From Candidatus Heimdallarchaeota archaeon (GTDB taxonomy: Archaea > Asgardarchaeota > Heimdallarchaeia > JABLTI01): 64,000 bases of DNA. The notes below the pieces were generated by a model. The model did not search any database and was not told where the DNA came from. It was given only the letters and a program-made list of their open reading frames with translations. A program made the position numbers and the translations under genes. Location: positions 1-64,000 of the forward strand of contig JABCTZ010000012.1 of NCBI GenBank assembly GCA_018238155.1, in the 5' to 3' direction. Of the stretch, positions 9,694 through 19,750 are shown one piece after another; the first letter of the stretch is position 1, and every line of letters begins with the position of its first letter.

Positions 9694-11118
9694 TTAACCA
9701 CTATTTAATTTTCCATTCTGGCGATCTTCTCTAACATTTTTTGGTAGGCTTTCAGTAACAAAGAAAAAACCTACAGAAGCAAAAAATCTTAGAATTGATA
9801 TTCCAATTAACATCCAAAATATCGTAAAGAATAAACCATAAGACGATTCTAGAGAATCAATAATGAATCCTGATGCAAGAGAACCACAAAAGGTTGTAAT
9901 ACCAAAGAACAATTCTCGAATACCAGAATATGCTCCCATTAAGTCATCTGGAGCTAAATCTAAAGTTAGAGCATTAAGAGAAACGAAAAATGTTCCTGTG
10001 CCAAAGCCTGCTAAAGTATTAGCCGCAATTAACCAAAGCCAATTTCCAGTAACAATTGCAGGGAGCATGCTAACAGGATAGAACACTAAAACAAAGGCTC
10101 CAAAAACGAATAACGGCTTCCGACCAAATTTATCGCTTAACTTGCCAGATATTACCTGAACCAAACTCATGACCATTATAAAGACAGAAGAGAGAATGGC
10201 TATTTGATAGAACTCCATATTAAGATACTTCACTTGAAGAATAGGACTTACCGGCCAAAAAAAGGACAAACTAAAACCAAACAAAGAGTAGAAAGCAACA
10301 AATTTCATGAAATTTTTATCTTGAAAAGCAATACGCATTTGAGGGCGGTTGTGAGTAAGATCCTCACTTCTAGTTTCTTTAAGGCTTAAAATAAGGGCGG
10401 AAGCAATTAAGGAGTTTACTGCTGCAATAGCAAACGCAATGCTATATTGTACACGCCAGTCAATATAAACAGTCCATCCTCCAATGACCCACCCCTCATA
10501 TACATTAGTAAGATAAAAGATCAATGCAATTGCAAGCGAAAATGAAACTGAAATCAAGCGACCTAAAGAAGCAATTTTACCAATAAAAGTTGCTCGAATC
10601 TCAGGTTTTGTTACATCACCCAATAACGCATTCCATGTGGGAACAAAGATACTGAGTGAGAGAGCTTGGATAATAGCAATAGTTACGATTAACCAAGTAC
10701 TTTCAAAGAAAATCAAAGGAACTGTTATCGCGAAATTCAAAAAAATACCTATGAACAAAATGAATTTTCGACCCAATTTGTCACTTAAATAACCAATGAA
10801 TGGTTGGAAAACTGAACTGAGCAAATTACGGATGGAGGTAATAAAACCCATTAATGCTCCTGTAACATTTGCTTCAGCAGCAAAAGCTGAAAAGAAATTA
10901 CCAAAGAAAAATTGCCCAGTAGAAGTGAAGACAGATAATAACCAGAAGAGGATTTTTTTATTTCCTTTAGTATCTATGAGTGGTTCTTCTTCAGGTATCA
11001 CTTGTTTGTCCTTGTCAATACTAGCATCCGCAATATCTACAATTGTAGTTCTATCCATAATTGCTACAGATGGGTTAGGATTATTTCCCATTTGTTCTAA
11101 TACATTTTCGTCATTCAA
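9694..11118 (-). CDS. MFS transporter (paralog)
   Basis: GYLSDKLGRK, GKLSDKFGRK; WNALLGDVT shared with its neighbours. Confidence 0.92.
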   Translation of the reverse strand: MNDENVLEQMGNNPNPSVAIMDRTTIVDIADASIDKDKQVIPEEEPLIDTKGNKKILFWLLSVFTSTGQFFFGNFFSAFAAEANVTGALMGFITSIRNLLSSVFQPFIGYLSDKLGRKFILFIGIFLNFAITVPLIFFESTWLIVTIAIIQALSLSIFVPTWNALLGDVTKPEIRATFIGKIASLGRLISVSFSLAIALIFYLTNVYEGWVIGGWTVYIDWRVQYSIAFAIAAVNSLIASALILSLKETRSEDLTHNRPQMRIAFQDKNFMKFVAFYSLFGFSLSFFWPVSPILQVKYLNMEFYQIAILSSVFIMVMSLVQVISGKLSDKFGRKPLFVFGAFVLVFYPVSMLPAIVTGNWLWLIAANTLAGFGTGTFFVSLNALTLDLAPDDLMGAYSGIRELFFGITTFCGSLASGFIIDSLESSYGLFFTIFWMLIGISILRFFASVGFFFVTESLPKNVREDRQNGKLNSG

Positions 11119-11224
11119 AAAATAATTGCTCCACTCAAATATCTATAATCAGTTTAAGTGTTCAATGGAATTTAAATGATTGTACTGATTTTAATTAATG
11201 GTATTATTTTTACTTGCCAAAAAA

Positions 11225-11826
11225 CAATTGGTTTGTTTTGCAAACAAACGAAAGTGGTTAGTCTATTGTTTTTGATGTCAGCTTTCTTTTGATAAAGAAG
11301 TAACTAATGGATGGGAGAACTCTCATATTTGCGATTGTAATGGTAGTGAAGATACCATGATAATCAATCCAATAGGTTGAGCTAATAACATCGCAATAAA
11401 ACCCGCGCTCAGAGAACCAATAAAAGTAGCACGGTTTTAGGTTCAGTAACATCTCCGAGAACTGCATTCCAGTTTGGTGTCACTACACTAATAGAAAAAG
11501 CTTGTAGAATTGCCACTCCAACAATTTGTAACCAGATGTTCTCAAAGATTATCAATGGAATATGTATAAGTAAACCAAGGATGAACCCTGTAATAAGGAT
11601 AAATTTCCGATCAAAAGTATCAGATAAACGACCAACGAATCCTTGAAAGAGACCAGTGAGCAAATTATGAAAGGACATGAGAAAACCAAGTTTCGTTGCA
11701 GAAACAACTGCTAAGCGAGCAAAAACATAGAAAAAATAACCTTATTTAATAGCGGTAGTATCTTGTGAGGAATTTTTGGTCGTTGGAAATATTCTAACCA
11801 ACCCGAATCTACAAATGGTTTTTGGT
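11225..11826 (-). pseudogene. Decayed, internally deleted duplicate of the 16.76-19.86 kb block (pieces of two MFS genes and the CrtC-like gene)
   Basis: 11393-11427 is identical to 16948-16982 (35 nt). About 11416-11740 is similar to 19150-19470. 11763-11783 is identical to 19800-19820. Contains frameshifts. Confidence 0.88.
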
Positions 11827-11869
11827 AAATTTTTTGAAGCACTAATAAAGAAGAAAGTTGTTACACATT

Positions 11870-11890
11870 AAAACAGAACCTTTAAATAGT
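11870..11890 (+). promoter_or_regulatory. Putative BRE/TATA promoter of the leu operon
   Basis: Purine-rich AAAACAGAA followed by CCTTTAAATAG about 80 nt upstream of leuA. Confidence 0.4.
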
Positions 11891-11968
11891 TTTTAGTCTG
11901 CAGTCTCTTAATTGAAATATGTTAGGTGAATTTTATGGTTTGGAGGAATAGTTTTCTTATATAATCAA

Positions 11969-13459
11969 ATGCCTGATACTATACAGATATTTGACACTAC
12001 ATTAAGGGACGGCGAACAAACACCAGGTGTTTCTTTAACACCAGAAAAAAAACTAGAAATTGCTCATTCTTTGGATGCTCTTGGTGTTGATATTATTGAA
12101 GCAGGATTTCCAATCACTAGCCAAGGTGAAATTAAGGCTATCAAGATGATAGCGAATGAAGGTCTGACAGCGGAAATCTGTGGCTTGGCAAGAACACTGA
12201 AACAAGATATTGATCGTTGTTTGGCTTGTGATGTGGACAGAATCCATACGTTTATCGCTACTAGTGATATCCACATGGAACACAAGCTGAAAAAAACCAG
12301 TGAGCAGGTTTTGGAACAAGCAGTTTCAGCAATAGAATATGCCAAAGAACATGGCATAACTGTTGAATTCTCAGCTGAAGATGCTACTCGAACTCGGATT
12401 GATTTTCTATTAGAGATTTTTCAAGCAGTAACGGAAGCTGGAGCTGATGTGCTAAACATTCCTGATACTGTTGGAGTGGCAATTCCACAAGCAATGACTT
12501 GGTTGGTTGATCAGGTAAGAAGTGTTACTGATGCCAAAATATCCGTTCACTGCCATGACGACTTAGGGCTTGCAGTTGCAAACTCTCTCGCAGCAATAGA
12601 AGCAGGGGCTGAACAAGTTCATTGTTGTATTAATGGTGTTGGCGAGAGAGCAGGAAATGCAGCTCTTGAGGAAGTTGCTGTAGCATTACAGTTCATGTAC
12701 AATGTTGAAACTCAACTTGACCTTACTCGGTTATGTGAAACCTCACGACTCGTCTCTCGAGTGATGGGGGTGCCACTAGCACCGAATAAAGCAATAGTTG
12801 GAAAAAATGCCTTCTCTCACGAAAGTGGCATCCATACTCATGGAATCATTGCCTCTCCACTGACCTATGAACCAATTGCTCCTGAACTTGTAGGGGCACA
12901 CAGAAAATTGGTTGCTGGGAAACATTGTGGAGGTCATGGCGTCAAAGAGATTCTGAAAACGATGGGCATTATTCCCAATCAAGAGCAGTTAAAACTCATT
13001 GTCAAGAAAATCAAAGCTCTTGGCGATAAGGGGATTCGGATAACTGATACGGATATTCGTGCCATTGCTAATACGGCACTTGTAAGTACTCCTCTTGAAG
13101 AGAAAGTTCTCCATCTAGAAGAATTGCTTGTTGTAACTGGAACAAACGCAAGTCCTACAGCTACCATAAGACTAGCTGTTAACGGAAAGCCTTACATTTA
13201 TGCAGAAAATGGGGTTGGTCCTATTGACGCTGCCATAAATGCTGTCCAAAAAGCCTGTGAAGCGGCTGGAAAGTTTTCCCTTCAAGAGTTTCGAATAGAA
13301 GCAATCACAGACGGAACAGCTGCAGTCGCAGAAACCATTGTTACCATAGAGGATGACCAAGGTAGGCGAACGTCTGCACGAGGAGTAAGCGAAGACATCG
13401 TGACTTCAGGAGTAGAAGCTATCATTGAGGCGATTAATCACCTCTTAGAGAGCTCTTGA
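11969..13459 (+). CDS. leuA: 2-isopropylmalate synthase (LeuA/CimA family)
   Basis: DTTLRDGEQ, HCHDDLG, GVGERAGNA, HESGIH and a C-terminal regulatory domain (GVGPIDA). Citramalate synthase activity cannot be excluded. Confidence 0.9.
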   Translation: MPDTIQIFDTTLRDGEQTPGVSLTPEKKLEIAHSLDALGVDIIEAGFPITSQGEIKAIKMIANEGLTAEICGLARTLKQDIDRCLACDVDRIHTFIATSDIHMEHKLKKTSEQVLEQAVSAIEYAKEHGITVEFSAEDATRTRIDFLLEIFQAVTEAGADVLNIPDTVGVAIPQAMTWLVDQVRSVTDAKISVHCHDDLGLAVANSLAAIEAGAEQVHCCINGVGERAGNAALEEVAVALQFMYNVETQLDLTRLCETSRLVSRVMGVPLAPNKAIVGKNAFSHESGIHTHGIIASPLTYEPIAPELVGAHRKLVAGKHCGGHGVKEILKTMGIIPNQEQLKLIVKKIKALGDKGIRITDTDIRAIANTALVSTPLEEKVLHLEELLVVTGTNASPTATIRLAVNGKPYIYAENGVGPIDAAINAVQKACEAAGKFSLQEFRIEAITDGTAAVAETIVTIEDDQGRRTSARGVSEDIVTSGVEAIIEAINHLLESS

Positions 13460-13611
13460 AGTTCTCTTGACTATTACAGTATCCACTAAGAAGGAGAATG
13501 GAATCAGAAACAGTTGTCCTGTCAATTTTGTGACTGTTAGCTGCCTTAGTGGGTGCTCGTATTTGAAATTTGAATCTTGAAAAGCAATGATAAGAAAAAT
13601 GGTGATGATGT

Positions 13612-14874
13612 ATGGATATGACAATTACAGAGAAGATATTAGCAAAATCAGCTGGGAAATCTCAAGTAACTCCCGGAGAAATTATAAATGCAAATATCGA
13701 TATTGCCTTAACTCATGATGTTTTGTGTGGTCCTACTGCAGAAGAATTTTGGCAGCTTGGCATTGAAAAAGTTTGGGACCCAGAAAAAATAGTTGTTACC
13801 CCAGACCACTTTGTTCCTGCGAAAGATATCGCTTCAGCAAAATTGTACCAAACAATGGAAAAGTTCGTTAAACAACAGGGGATAAGGAACTACTATCCTT
13901 TAGGGAGACATGGAATCTGCCATGTTATGTTGTCCCAAGAAAGGTTTGCAAAACCTGGGATAGTTATTGTTGGGACGGACAGTCACACTTGTACAAGTGG
14001 TGCAATGGGCGCATTTGCTGCAGGAATCGGAACAACAGATATGGCAGGAGTTTTTGCCACTGGAAAATGCTGGTTCAGAGTTCCAGAGTCAATAAAATTC
14101 GTTCTTTCTGGAAACTTGAGAGAATCAGTGTATGCGAAGGATGTAATTTTACACATCCTTTCAGAAATTGGAGTAGACGGTGCGCTCTATAAAGCAATGG
14201 AATTCACAGGTCCTATAATAAACGGGCTCATTATGGATGAACGCTTTGTTCTCTGCAATATGGCTATTGAAGCAGGAGCAAAAAATGGTATCATCAATCC
14301 TGACAAAAGAACACAGAGCTATCTAAGAGGACATGTAGTAGAACAGCAGCAACAATTGACAAGTGATGTTAAAGCTGACTATAACGAAGAATTTTCTATT
14401 GACGTTTCAGAGCTAGAGCCTTCAGTAGCAGTTCCCTGCTTGCCTTCAAACGTTAAGACCGTTAGAGAAGTTCAGTCTATTGCAATTGATCAAGCAGTGA
14501 TAGGGTCTTGTACCGGAGGGCGATTATCAGATCTAAGAATCGCTGCTCAAGTCCTAAAAAACAAATGTGTTCATTCTTACACTCGGTTGATAGTTATTCC
14601 CGCAACTCAAAAGATCTACTCTCAAGCTCTACAAGAGGGCTTATTGCAAATCTTCATGGAAGCAGGAGCAGTAATCTCCACACCTACTTGTGGACCTTGT
14701 TTAGGAGGGCACATGGGAATTCTAGGGGAAAATGAAGTAGCTATCACTACAACTAATCGGAATTTCAAAGGGAGAATGGGACATGAATCTTCTAAGATTT
14801 ACCTAGCTTCTGCAGCAACGGTTGCCGCATCAGCTGTCAAGGGGGAAATAATCGATCCGAGGGATTTAGTTTGA
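13612..14874 (+). CDS. leuC: 3-isopropylmalate dehydratase large subunit
   Basis: GICH, DSHTCT, IGSCT, CGPCLG, NRNFKGR. Confidence 0.95.
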   Translation: MDMTITEKILAKSAGKSQVTPGEIINANIDIALTHDVLCGPTAEEFWQLGIEKVWDPEKIVVTPDHFVPAKDIASAKLYQTMEKFVKQQGIRNYYPLGRHGICHVMLSQERFAKPGIVIVGTDSHTCTSGAMGAFAAGIGTTDMAGVFATGKCWFRVPESIKFVLSGNLRESVYAKDVILHILSEIGVDGALYKAMEFTGPIINGLIMDERFVLCNMAIEAGAKNGIINPDKRTQSYLRGHVVEQQQQLTSDVKADYNEEFSIDVSELEPSVAVPCLPSNVKTVREVQSIAIDQAVIGSCTGGRLSDLRIAAQVLKNKCVHSYTRLIVIPATQKIYSQALQEGLLQIFMEAGAVISTPTCGPCLGGHMGILGENEVAITTTNRNFKGRMGHESSKIYLASAATVAASAVKGEIIDPRDLV

Positions 14875-15407
14875 AAAAGAAAATACAGATGATACAAGGA
14901 AATGCCATAACCTATGGTGATCATATAGATACGGATGTAATCATTGCAGCTTCATATCTAATACATGGAAGTGATATAGACTATTTGAAGCAGTATGCAA
15001 TGGAGAGAGTTGATCCTAACTTTCATGAGAAAATAAGTGAAGGGTCATCTATCATAGTTTCTGGAAGCAACTTTGGTTGTGGGTCTTCCCGCCAACAAGC
15101 ACCAGAAGTTTTGAAAGCAGCAGGAATAGAAGCTGTGGTAGCAGAATCCTTTGCTAGGATTTTCTTCAGAAATGCCATCAATATTGGCTTGCCTGTTTTT
15201 ATCGCTCCTGGAATTTCAGCTATCACACAAGAAGGTGACAGAATTAGTATTGATACTGTAGCAGGAGTGGTATTCAACCAGTCAAAGAGTGAGAAGATTC
15301 AAACAACAACAATTCCTGCCTTCATGCGAGAAATTCTTGAGAATGGAGGACTAATTCCTCACCTGAAAAAAAGTCTGCTTACTTGTAAGGAGGAAATGAC
15401 GAGATGA
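14871..15407 (+). CDS. leuD: 3-isopropylmalate dehydratase small subunit
   Basis: IDTDVI, NFGCGSSR, SFARIFFRNAINIG; overlaps the leuC stop. Confidence 0.95.
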   Translation: MKKKIQMIQGNAITYGDHIDTDVIIAASYLIHGSDIDYLKQYAMERVDPNFHEKISEGSSIIVSGSNFGCGSSRQQAPEVLKAAGIEAVVAESFARIFFRNAINIGLPVFIAPGISAITQEGDRISIDTVAGVVFNQSKSEKIQTTTIPAFMREILENGGLIPHLKKSLLTCKEEMTR

Positions 15408-16423
15408 AAAAATATGAAGTCATGGTAATTCTAGGAGATGGAATTGGTCCAGAAGTTATGGCAGTAACAATTGATATACTCAAATCTTCTGAAGCGAAAC
15501 TCAAGTTCAACTATTTCGAAGCTGGAGATTGTACTTTAGAGAAACAGGGAATTGCCCTCCCTGAAGCTACTCTTGAGGCTGCAAAAAAGGCAGAAGTTAT
15601 CCTAAAAGGACCAATCGGTGAATCCGCAAAGGATGTTGTATTGCCCTTAAGACAGACTCTAGACCTTTATGCAAACATCCGCCCTGCAAGAAATCTCCCA
15701 GGGATAGAAACAAGGTTAAAACCAAATGAAGTGGTAGATCTAGTCATTGTTAGAGAAAACACCGAAGGACTCTACTCGAGAAAGGGTGGCGTGAAGGAAG
15801 ACTATGCTTTTGACATGAAAATAGCCTCAAAAAGAGCTAGTCAAAGGATAATGACTCTTGGTTGTCAAATCGCTCAAAAAAGAAAGAGGAAAGTATCTGT
15901 GGTTCACAAAGCTAATGTCCTCAAAGCTGACAAGTATTTTCGGGATGTTTGTGAGGATATTGGAAAACAGTATTCTGACCTTGAAATTGAGCATATGTAC
16001 GTCGACAATTGTGCCTATCAACTGATACATGATCCAACACAGTTTGATGTGCTAGTGATGCAAAATCTCTTTGGAGATATTCTAAGTGATGAAGCATCAT
16101 GGGTTCAAGGAGGATTGGGGCTTTCTCCAGGAGCGAACCTTGGAGAAAAGCAAGGAATGTTTGAACCCGTTCATGGCGCAGCTTGGACTCTAAAAGGAAA
16201 AAATGTTGCAAATCCGACCGCAATGATACTAAGTGCTGTAATGATGCTCACTTGGTTGGGGGAAAAATATGACGATAAGGATTTACAAGATCAGGCACTT
16301 CGAATTGAGGATGCTGTACAAACTGCACTTATGGATGGACACAAGACTACAGATGTAGGTGGTAAGCTGACAACAACAAAGTTTGTTGAAAAAGTAAGAG
16401 AAAACTTAGAATCAGTAACTTGA
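15404..16423 (+). CDS. leuB: 3-isopropylmalate dehydrogenase
   Basis: GDGIGPEV, RENTEG, HKANV, NLFGDILSD, FEPVHG, NPTAMILS. Confidence 0.92.
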   Translation: MKKYEVMVILGDGIGPEVMAVTIDILKSSEAKLKFNYFEAGDCTLEKQGIALPEATLEAAKKAEVILKGPIGESAKDVVLPLRQTLDLYANIRPARNLPGIETRLKPNEVVDLVIVRENTEGLYSRKGGVKEDYAFDMKIASKRASQRIMTLGCQIAQKRKRKVSVVHKANVLKADKYFRDVCEDIGKQYSDLEIEHMYVDNCAYQLIHDPTQFDVLVMQNLFGDILSDEASWVQGGLGLSPGANLGEKQGMFEPVHGAAWTLKGKNVANPTAMILSAVMMLTWLGEKYDDKDLQDQALRIEDAVQTALMDGHKTTDVGGKLTTTKFVEKVRENLESVT

Positions 16424-16796
16424 TACGTCCATAATTTATTCGAAAATTGGATTTATGAACAATTGTTTCCATAAGTCCCCCTTTTTCCTTTTTGATGTTC
16501 GCTTTAATTACTCAAGTTTCTCTATTCAACAATTCTCTGCCTAAACATCTTCAATGAATTTTGTAATGTTCTTCTGAAAAGAAAAAGCTGGATCTTTATA
16601 CTCCTTATTTAAGAAATGATATTGATGCAAATGTAATCTAGCTTGGAATTAAAGAATTTAAGATTGTTATATTGATTTAGATAGTTAAAATGCAAATTTC
16701 GATAGCAACTTCAGAGCAATCAAAAATTATCATGTTAAGAGTCATTATGTCATAAGTAATTGGTAACTGGTATATTTTGTAAACCAAATCAAGAGC

Positions 16797-18197
16797 TCAA
16801 TATTTTGTCTTAGAAGATCGATTTTTTTTTGGTAAGCTTTCTTTGATGAAAAAATAACCAACAGATGCGAGAGCTCTCATAATTGCTATTGCAATGGTAG
16901 TGGAGATAACCATGATAATCGGTCCATAGGTTGAGCTAATTGCATCAGCAATAAAACCCGCGCTCAGAGAACCAATAAAAGTTGCAATGCCCCAAGAAGC
17001 ATGAGCTAAACCTGAAAATGCGCCCAAAGTTTCTGTCGATGAGAGATCTAAAACATAAGTATTCATCAATACTAAGAAAATACCATTACCAAAACCACTA
17101 ATGACATTTGTTAACATGATATAAAACCAGGAACCAGAGAGCACAGCAGGAATATACAGAAGAGAAACACTAAACATAATTACTCGAGAGAAAATAAGCA
17201 CAGGTTTTCTACCAAAACGGTCACCCAATTTTCCACCAAGAAAACCACCAAAACTGAAAAAGATAACGTAAATTGCTGCAACAACAGTTAATTCATAAAT
17301 TTTTAAACCCATTATAGAAACTTGAATAACAGGATAGATAGGCCAAAGGGCAGCCATAGAGATGCCGAAGAAACCATTGACAATGATGAAATTTCGGAAC
17401 GATTTATTCTGAAAAGCAGTAATCATTTTCGGTTGAACTCGAGAAGAATCCTTTATTCTTGTTTCCTTTAGAAAGATAACCGCAATTCCACTGATAAATA
17501 AGGTAAGAGCACAAACAGCAAAAACAATGCCATATTGGAGCTTCCAATCAAGACCAGTAATGAGTTTTCCCAAAACAATGTATCCATTAAAGCGATCAAA
17601 GAAAAAGAATATGCATGCAAGTATTAGCATTAACACTACACCTACTGCTTGACCAATTGCACTCAATTTGCCTATGTATGTTGTTCGTCCTTTCAATTTT
17701 GTGATATCCCCTAAAGCAGCATTCCATGCAGGGATAATAATACTAAAAGCAAATGCTTGAGCAGTAGCAACAATGACTAACATTATCGTACTGTAGGAAA
17801 AAATAAGCATAGCAGAAAAGGCAAAACTAAAGAAAAAACCAAGCAAAAGGAAGAGCCTTCTCCCTTTTTTATCACTCCACAAACCAATCCGACCTTGAAA
17901 GAGAGCACCAACCAGATTTCGAATTGCAGTAAGGAATCCCATAACCGTTGAGGTAACACCAACTTGAGCGGCAAAATAGGGGAAGAAATTGAGAAGAATG
18001 AGTTGAGAGGTATTACTACCAATGGAGAGCAACCAGAATAATTTTCGTTGAGGCTTTTCAGAAGTGTTTTCAGCTTGATCCTCTGAGTCATCAAAAGAAT
18101 GCTCTTCAAAGCTATCTTCATTTGAATGAACTTCTTTGCTCTGTTCTTCTGATAATTTATCTGTCGTTGTAGACAACCTCAATAAGCGAATTAACAA
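16797..18197 (-). CDS. MFS transporter (paralog)
   Basis: GLWSDKKGRR, GKLGDRFGRK, WNAALGDIT. Confidence 0.92.
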   Translation of the reverse strand: MLIRLLRLSTTTDKLSEEQSKEVHSNEDSFEEHSFDDSEDQAENTSEKPQRKLFWLLSIGSNTSQLILLNFFPYFAAQVGVTSTVMGFLTAIRNLVGALFQGRIGLWSDKKGRRLFLLLGFFFSFAFSAMLIFSYSTIMLVIVATAQAFAFSIIIPAWNAALGDITKLKGRTTYIGKLSAIGQAVGVVLMLILACIFFFFDRFNGYIVLGKLITGLDWKLQYGIVFAVCALTLFISGIAVIFLKETRIKDSSRVQPKMITAFQNKSFRNFIIVNGFFGISMAALWPIYPVIQVSIMGLKIYELTVVAAIYVIFFSFGGFLGGKLGDRFGRKPVLIFSRVIMFSVSLLYIPAVLSGSWFYIMLTNVISGFGNGIFLVLMNTYVLDLSSTETLGAFSGLAHASWGIATFIGSLSAGFIADAISSTYGPIIMVISTTIAIAIMRALASVGYFFIKESLPKKNRSSKTKY

Positions 18198-18261
18198 AAC
18201 TAGACCTCTCGCCTAAAAAAGAATTGTGAAAAATCTCAATAGTTAACTGAAAAAAAATCCT

Positions 18262-19614
18262 TTAAGACTTAGGAATTGCTTTTCCAAGATTTATTTGGTC
18301 ATTTTTCGGCAAACTTTCACTGATGAAGAGAAAACCAGTCGCAGCGAAAACTCTCAGGACAGTAACACCAATGGACATGATAATCATAGTTGTTTTTATT
18401 GTATAATTTGCTGTAAGAAAAGCATCAATAATGAAACCTGAAATAAAGGACCCTATGAAAGTAGCAATACCATAAAATACTTCGCGAATGCCAGAATATC
18501 CACCCATCAAATCTTTAGGAGCAAGATCCAAAGTGTACGCACTAACAGCAACAAGATTAATACCAGTTCCAATACCACCAACAAAACGAGAAAGGATGAG
18601 CAAAGACCAACTTCCAGAAGTGATGGCTGGGATCATACTAACTGGAAAGAAGAGCAAAATAAAAATAGAGATAATAATTAAGGGCTTTCTTCCAATCTTA
18701 TCACTTAATTTACCGCCTAAGATTTGAGCGATAGCAATAAAAATTGTAAAAGAAGAAGTCATAATAGCAATCTGCCAGAAAGTAAGTGTAAGATGATCAA
18801 CAAGAATAATTGGATTCGCAGGCCAGATCAAAGCCATGGTGATACCCCAAACAGAATTGACAATGAGGAATTTAACAAAATTTTTGTCCTGGAAAGCAAC
18901 ACGCATTCGAGGGACATGATTATTTTTAGGATCGACAAGGCGAGTTTCTTTGAAGAAAATCATTGTTATAATACAAAGTAATGAATTAAAGGCAGAGATA
19001 GCAAAGGCAACACCATATTGAACACGCCAGCTAACAAAGACTGACCAGCCTAAGACTACTGAACCAGAATAATGATCAACAAAGAAAAAGAGAAGTGCAA
19101 TTAATAAAGCAAAAATAACAGAAATTATTCTACCAATAGAAGTGATTTTACCAATAAAAGAAGCACGGTTTTCCAGTTCAGTAACATCTCCTAGAACAGC
19201 ATTCCAACTGGGAATGACCACACTAATAGCAAAAGCTTGGATAATTGCAACGGTAATAAGCAACCAAGTGCTCTCAAAAAAAAGTAAGGGAATGGGTATT
19301 AACAAACCAAGGATGAATCCAATAATAAGAATGAATTTCCGACCAAATATATCTGATAGACGGCCAACCAATCCTTGAAAGAGACCTGAAAGCAAATTAC
19401 GAATAGACATAAGAAAACCTAAAACTGAAGCAGAAACACCAGCTAAACGAGCAAAAGCAGAGAAAAACTGTTGAAAGAAATTCTGAGAAGAAGAGCTAAA
19501 AACAGAGATTGCCCAAAAGAGGCTAAGGCGATTTCCCTTGAGATTCAAATCTTGTGATGAATCGTCAGGAGTGGAAAACTCTTCATCTGATTTTGGTAAA
19601 ATTTCTTCGCTCGT
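18262..19614 (-). CDS. MFS transporter (paralog); start uncertain (ACG at 19614 behind a GGAG, or TTG at 19686)
   Basis: GRLSDIFGRK, GKLSDKIGRK, WNAVLGDVT. Confidence 0.88.
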   Translation of the reverse strand, partial: TSEEILPKSDEEFSTPDDSSQDLNLKGNRLSLFWAISVFSSSSQNFFQQFFSAFARLAGVSASVLGFLMSIRNLLSGLFQGLVGRLSDIFGRKFILIIGFILGLLIPIPLLFFESTWLLITVAIIQAFAISVVIPSWNAVLGDVTELENRASFIGKITSIGRIISVIFALLIALLFFFVDHYSGSVVLGWSVFVSWRVQYGVAFAISAFNSLLCIITMIFFKETRLVDPKNNHVPRMRVAFQDKNFVKFLIVNSVWGITMALIWPANPIILVDHLTLTFWQIAIMTSSFTIFIAIAQILGGKLSDKIGRKPLIIISIFILLFFPVSMIPAITSGSWSLLILSRFVGGIGTGINLVAVSAYTLDLAPKDLMGGYSGIREVFYGIATFIGSFISGFIIDAFLTANYTIKTTMIIMSIGVTVLRVFAATGFLFISESLPKNDQINLGKAIPKS

Positions 19615-19750
19615 GAAACTATCTCCAAAGACTACTTGAAAAATAAAGAAAAAGTAAATGTAAAAAAGGATTTGGATATGAATCAAAAGTATTAGGAATT
19701 CAAAAAGAACCTACCAGTTGAAACAGATGTTCATAATTAGCAAAAAAAGA

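Noticed and set aside
11919-11964. Mini-ORFs upstream of leuA (MLGEFYGLEE, MVWRNSFLI)
   Set aside because: No Leu run and no clear terminator/antiterminator structure.
13457-13557. SECIS or Sec readthrough at the leuA TGA, or Sec in the Hdr/IOR genes
   Set aside because: LeuA is complete at its stop, and the redox ORFs have no internal in-frame TGA.
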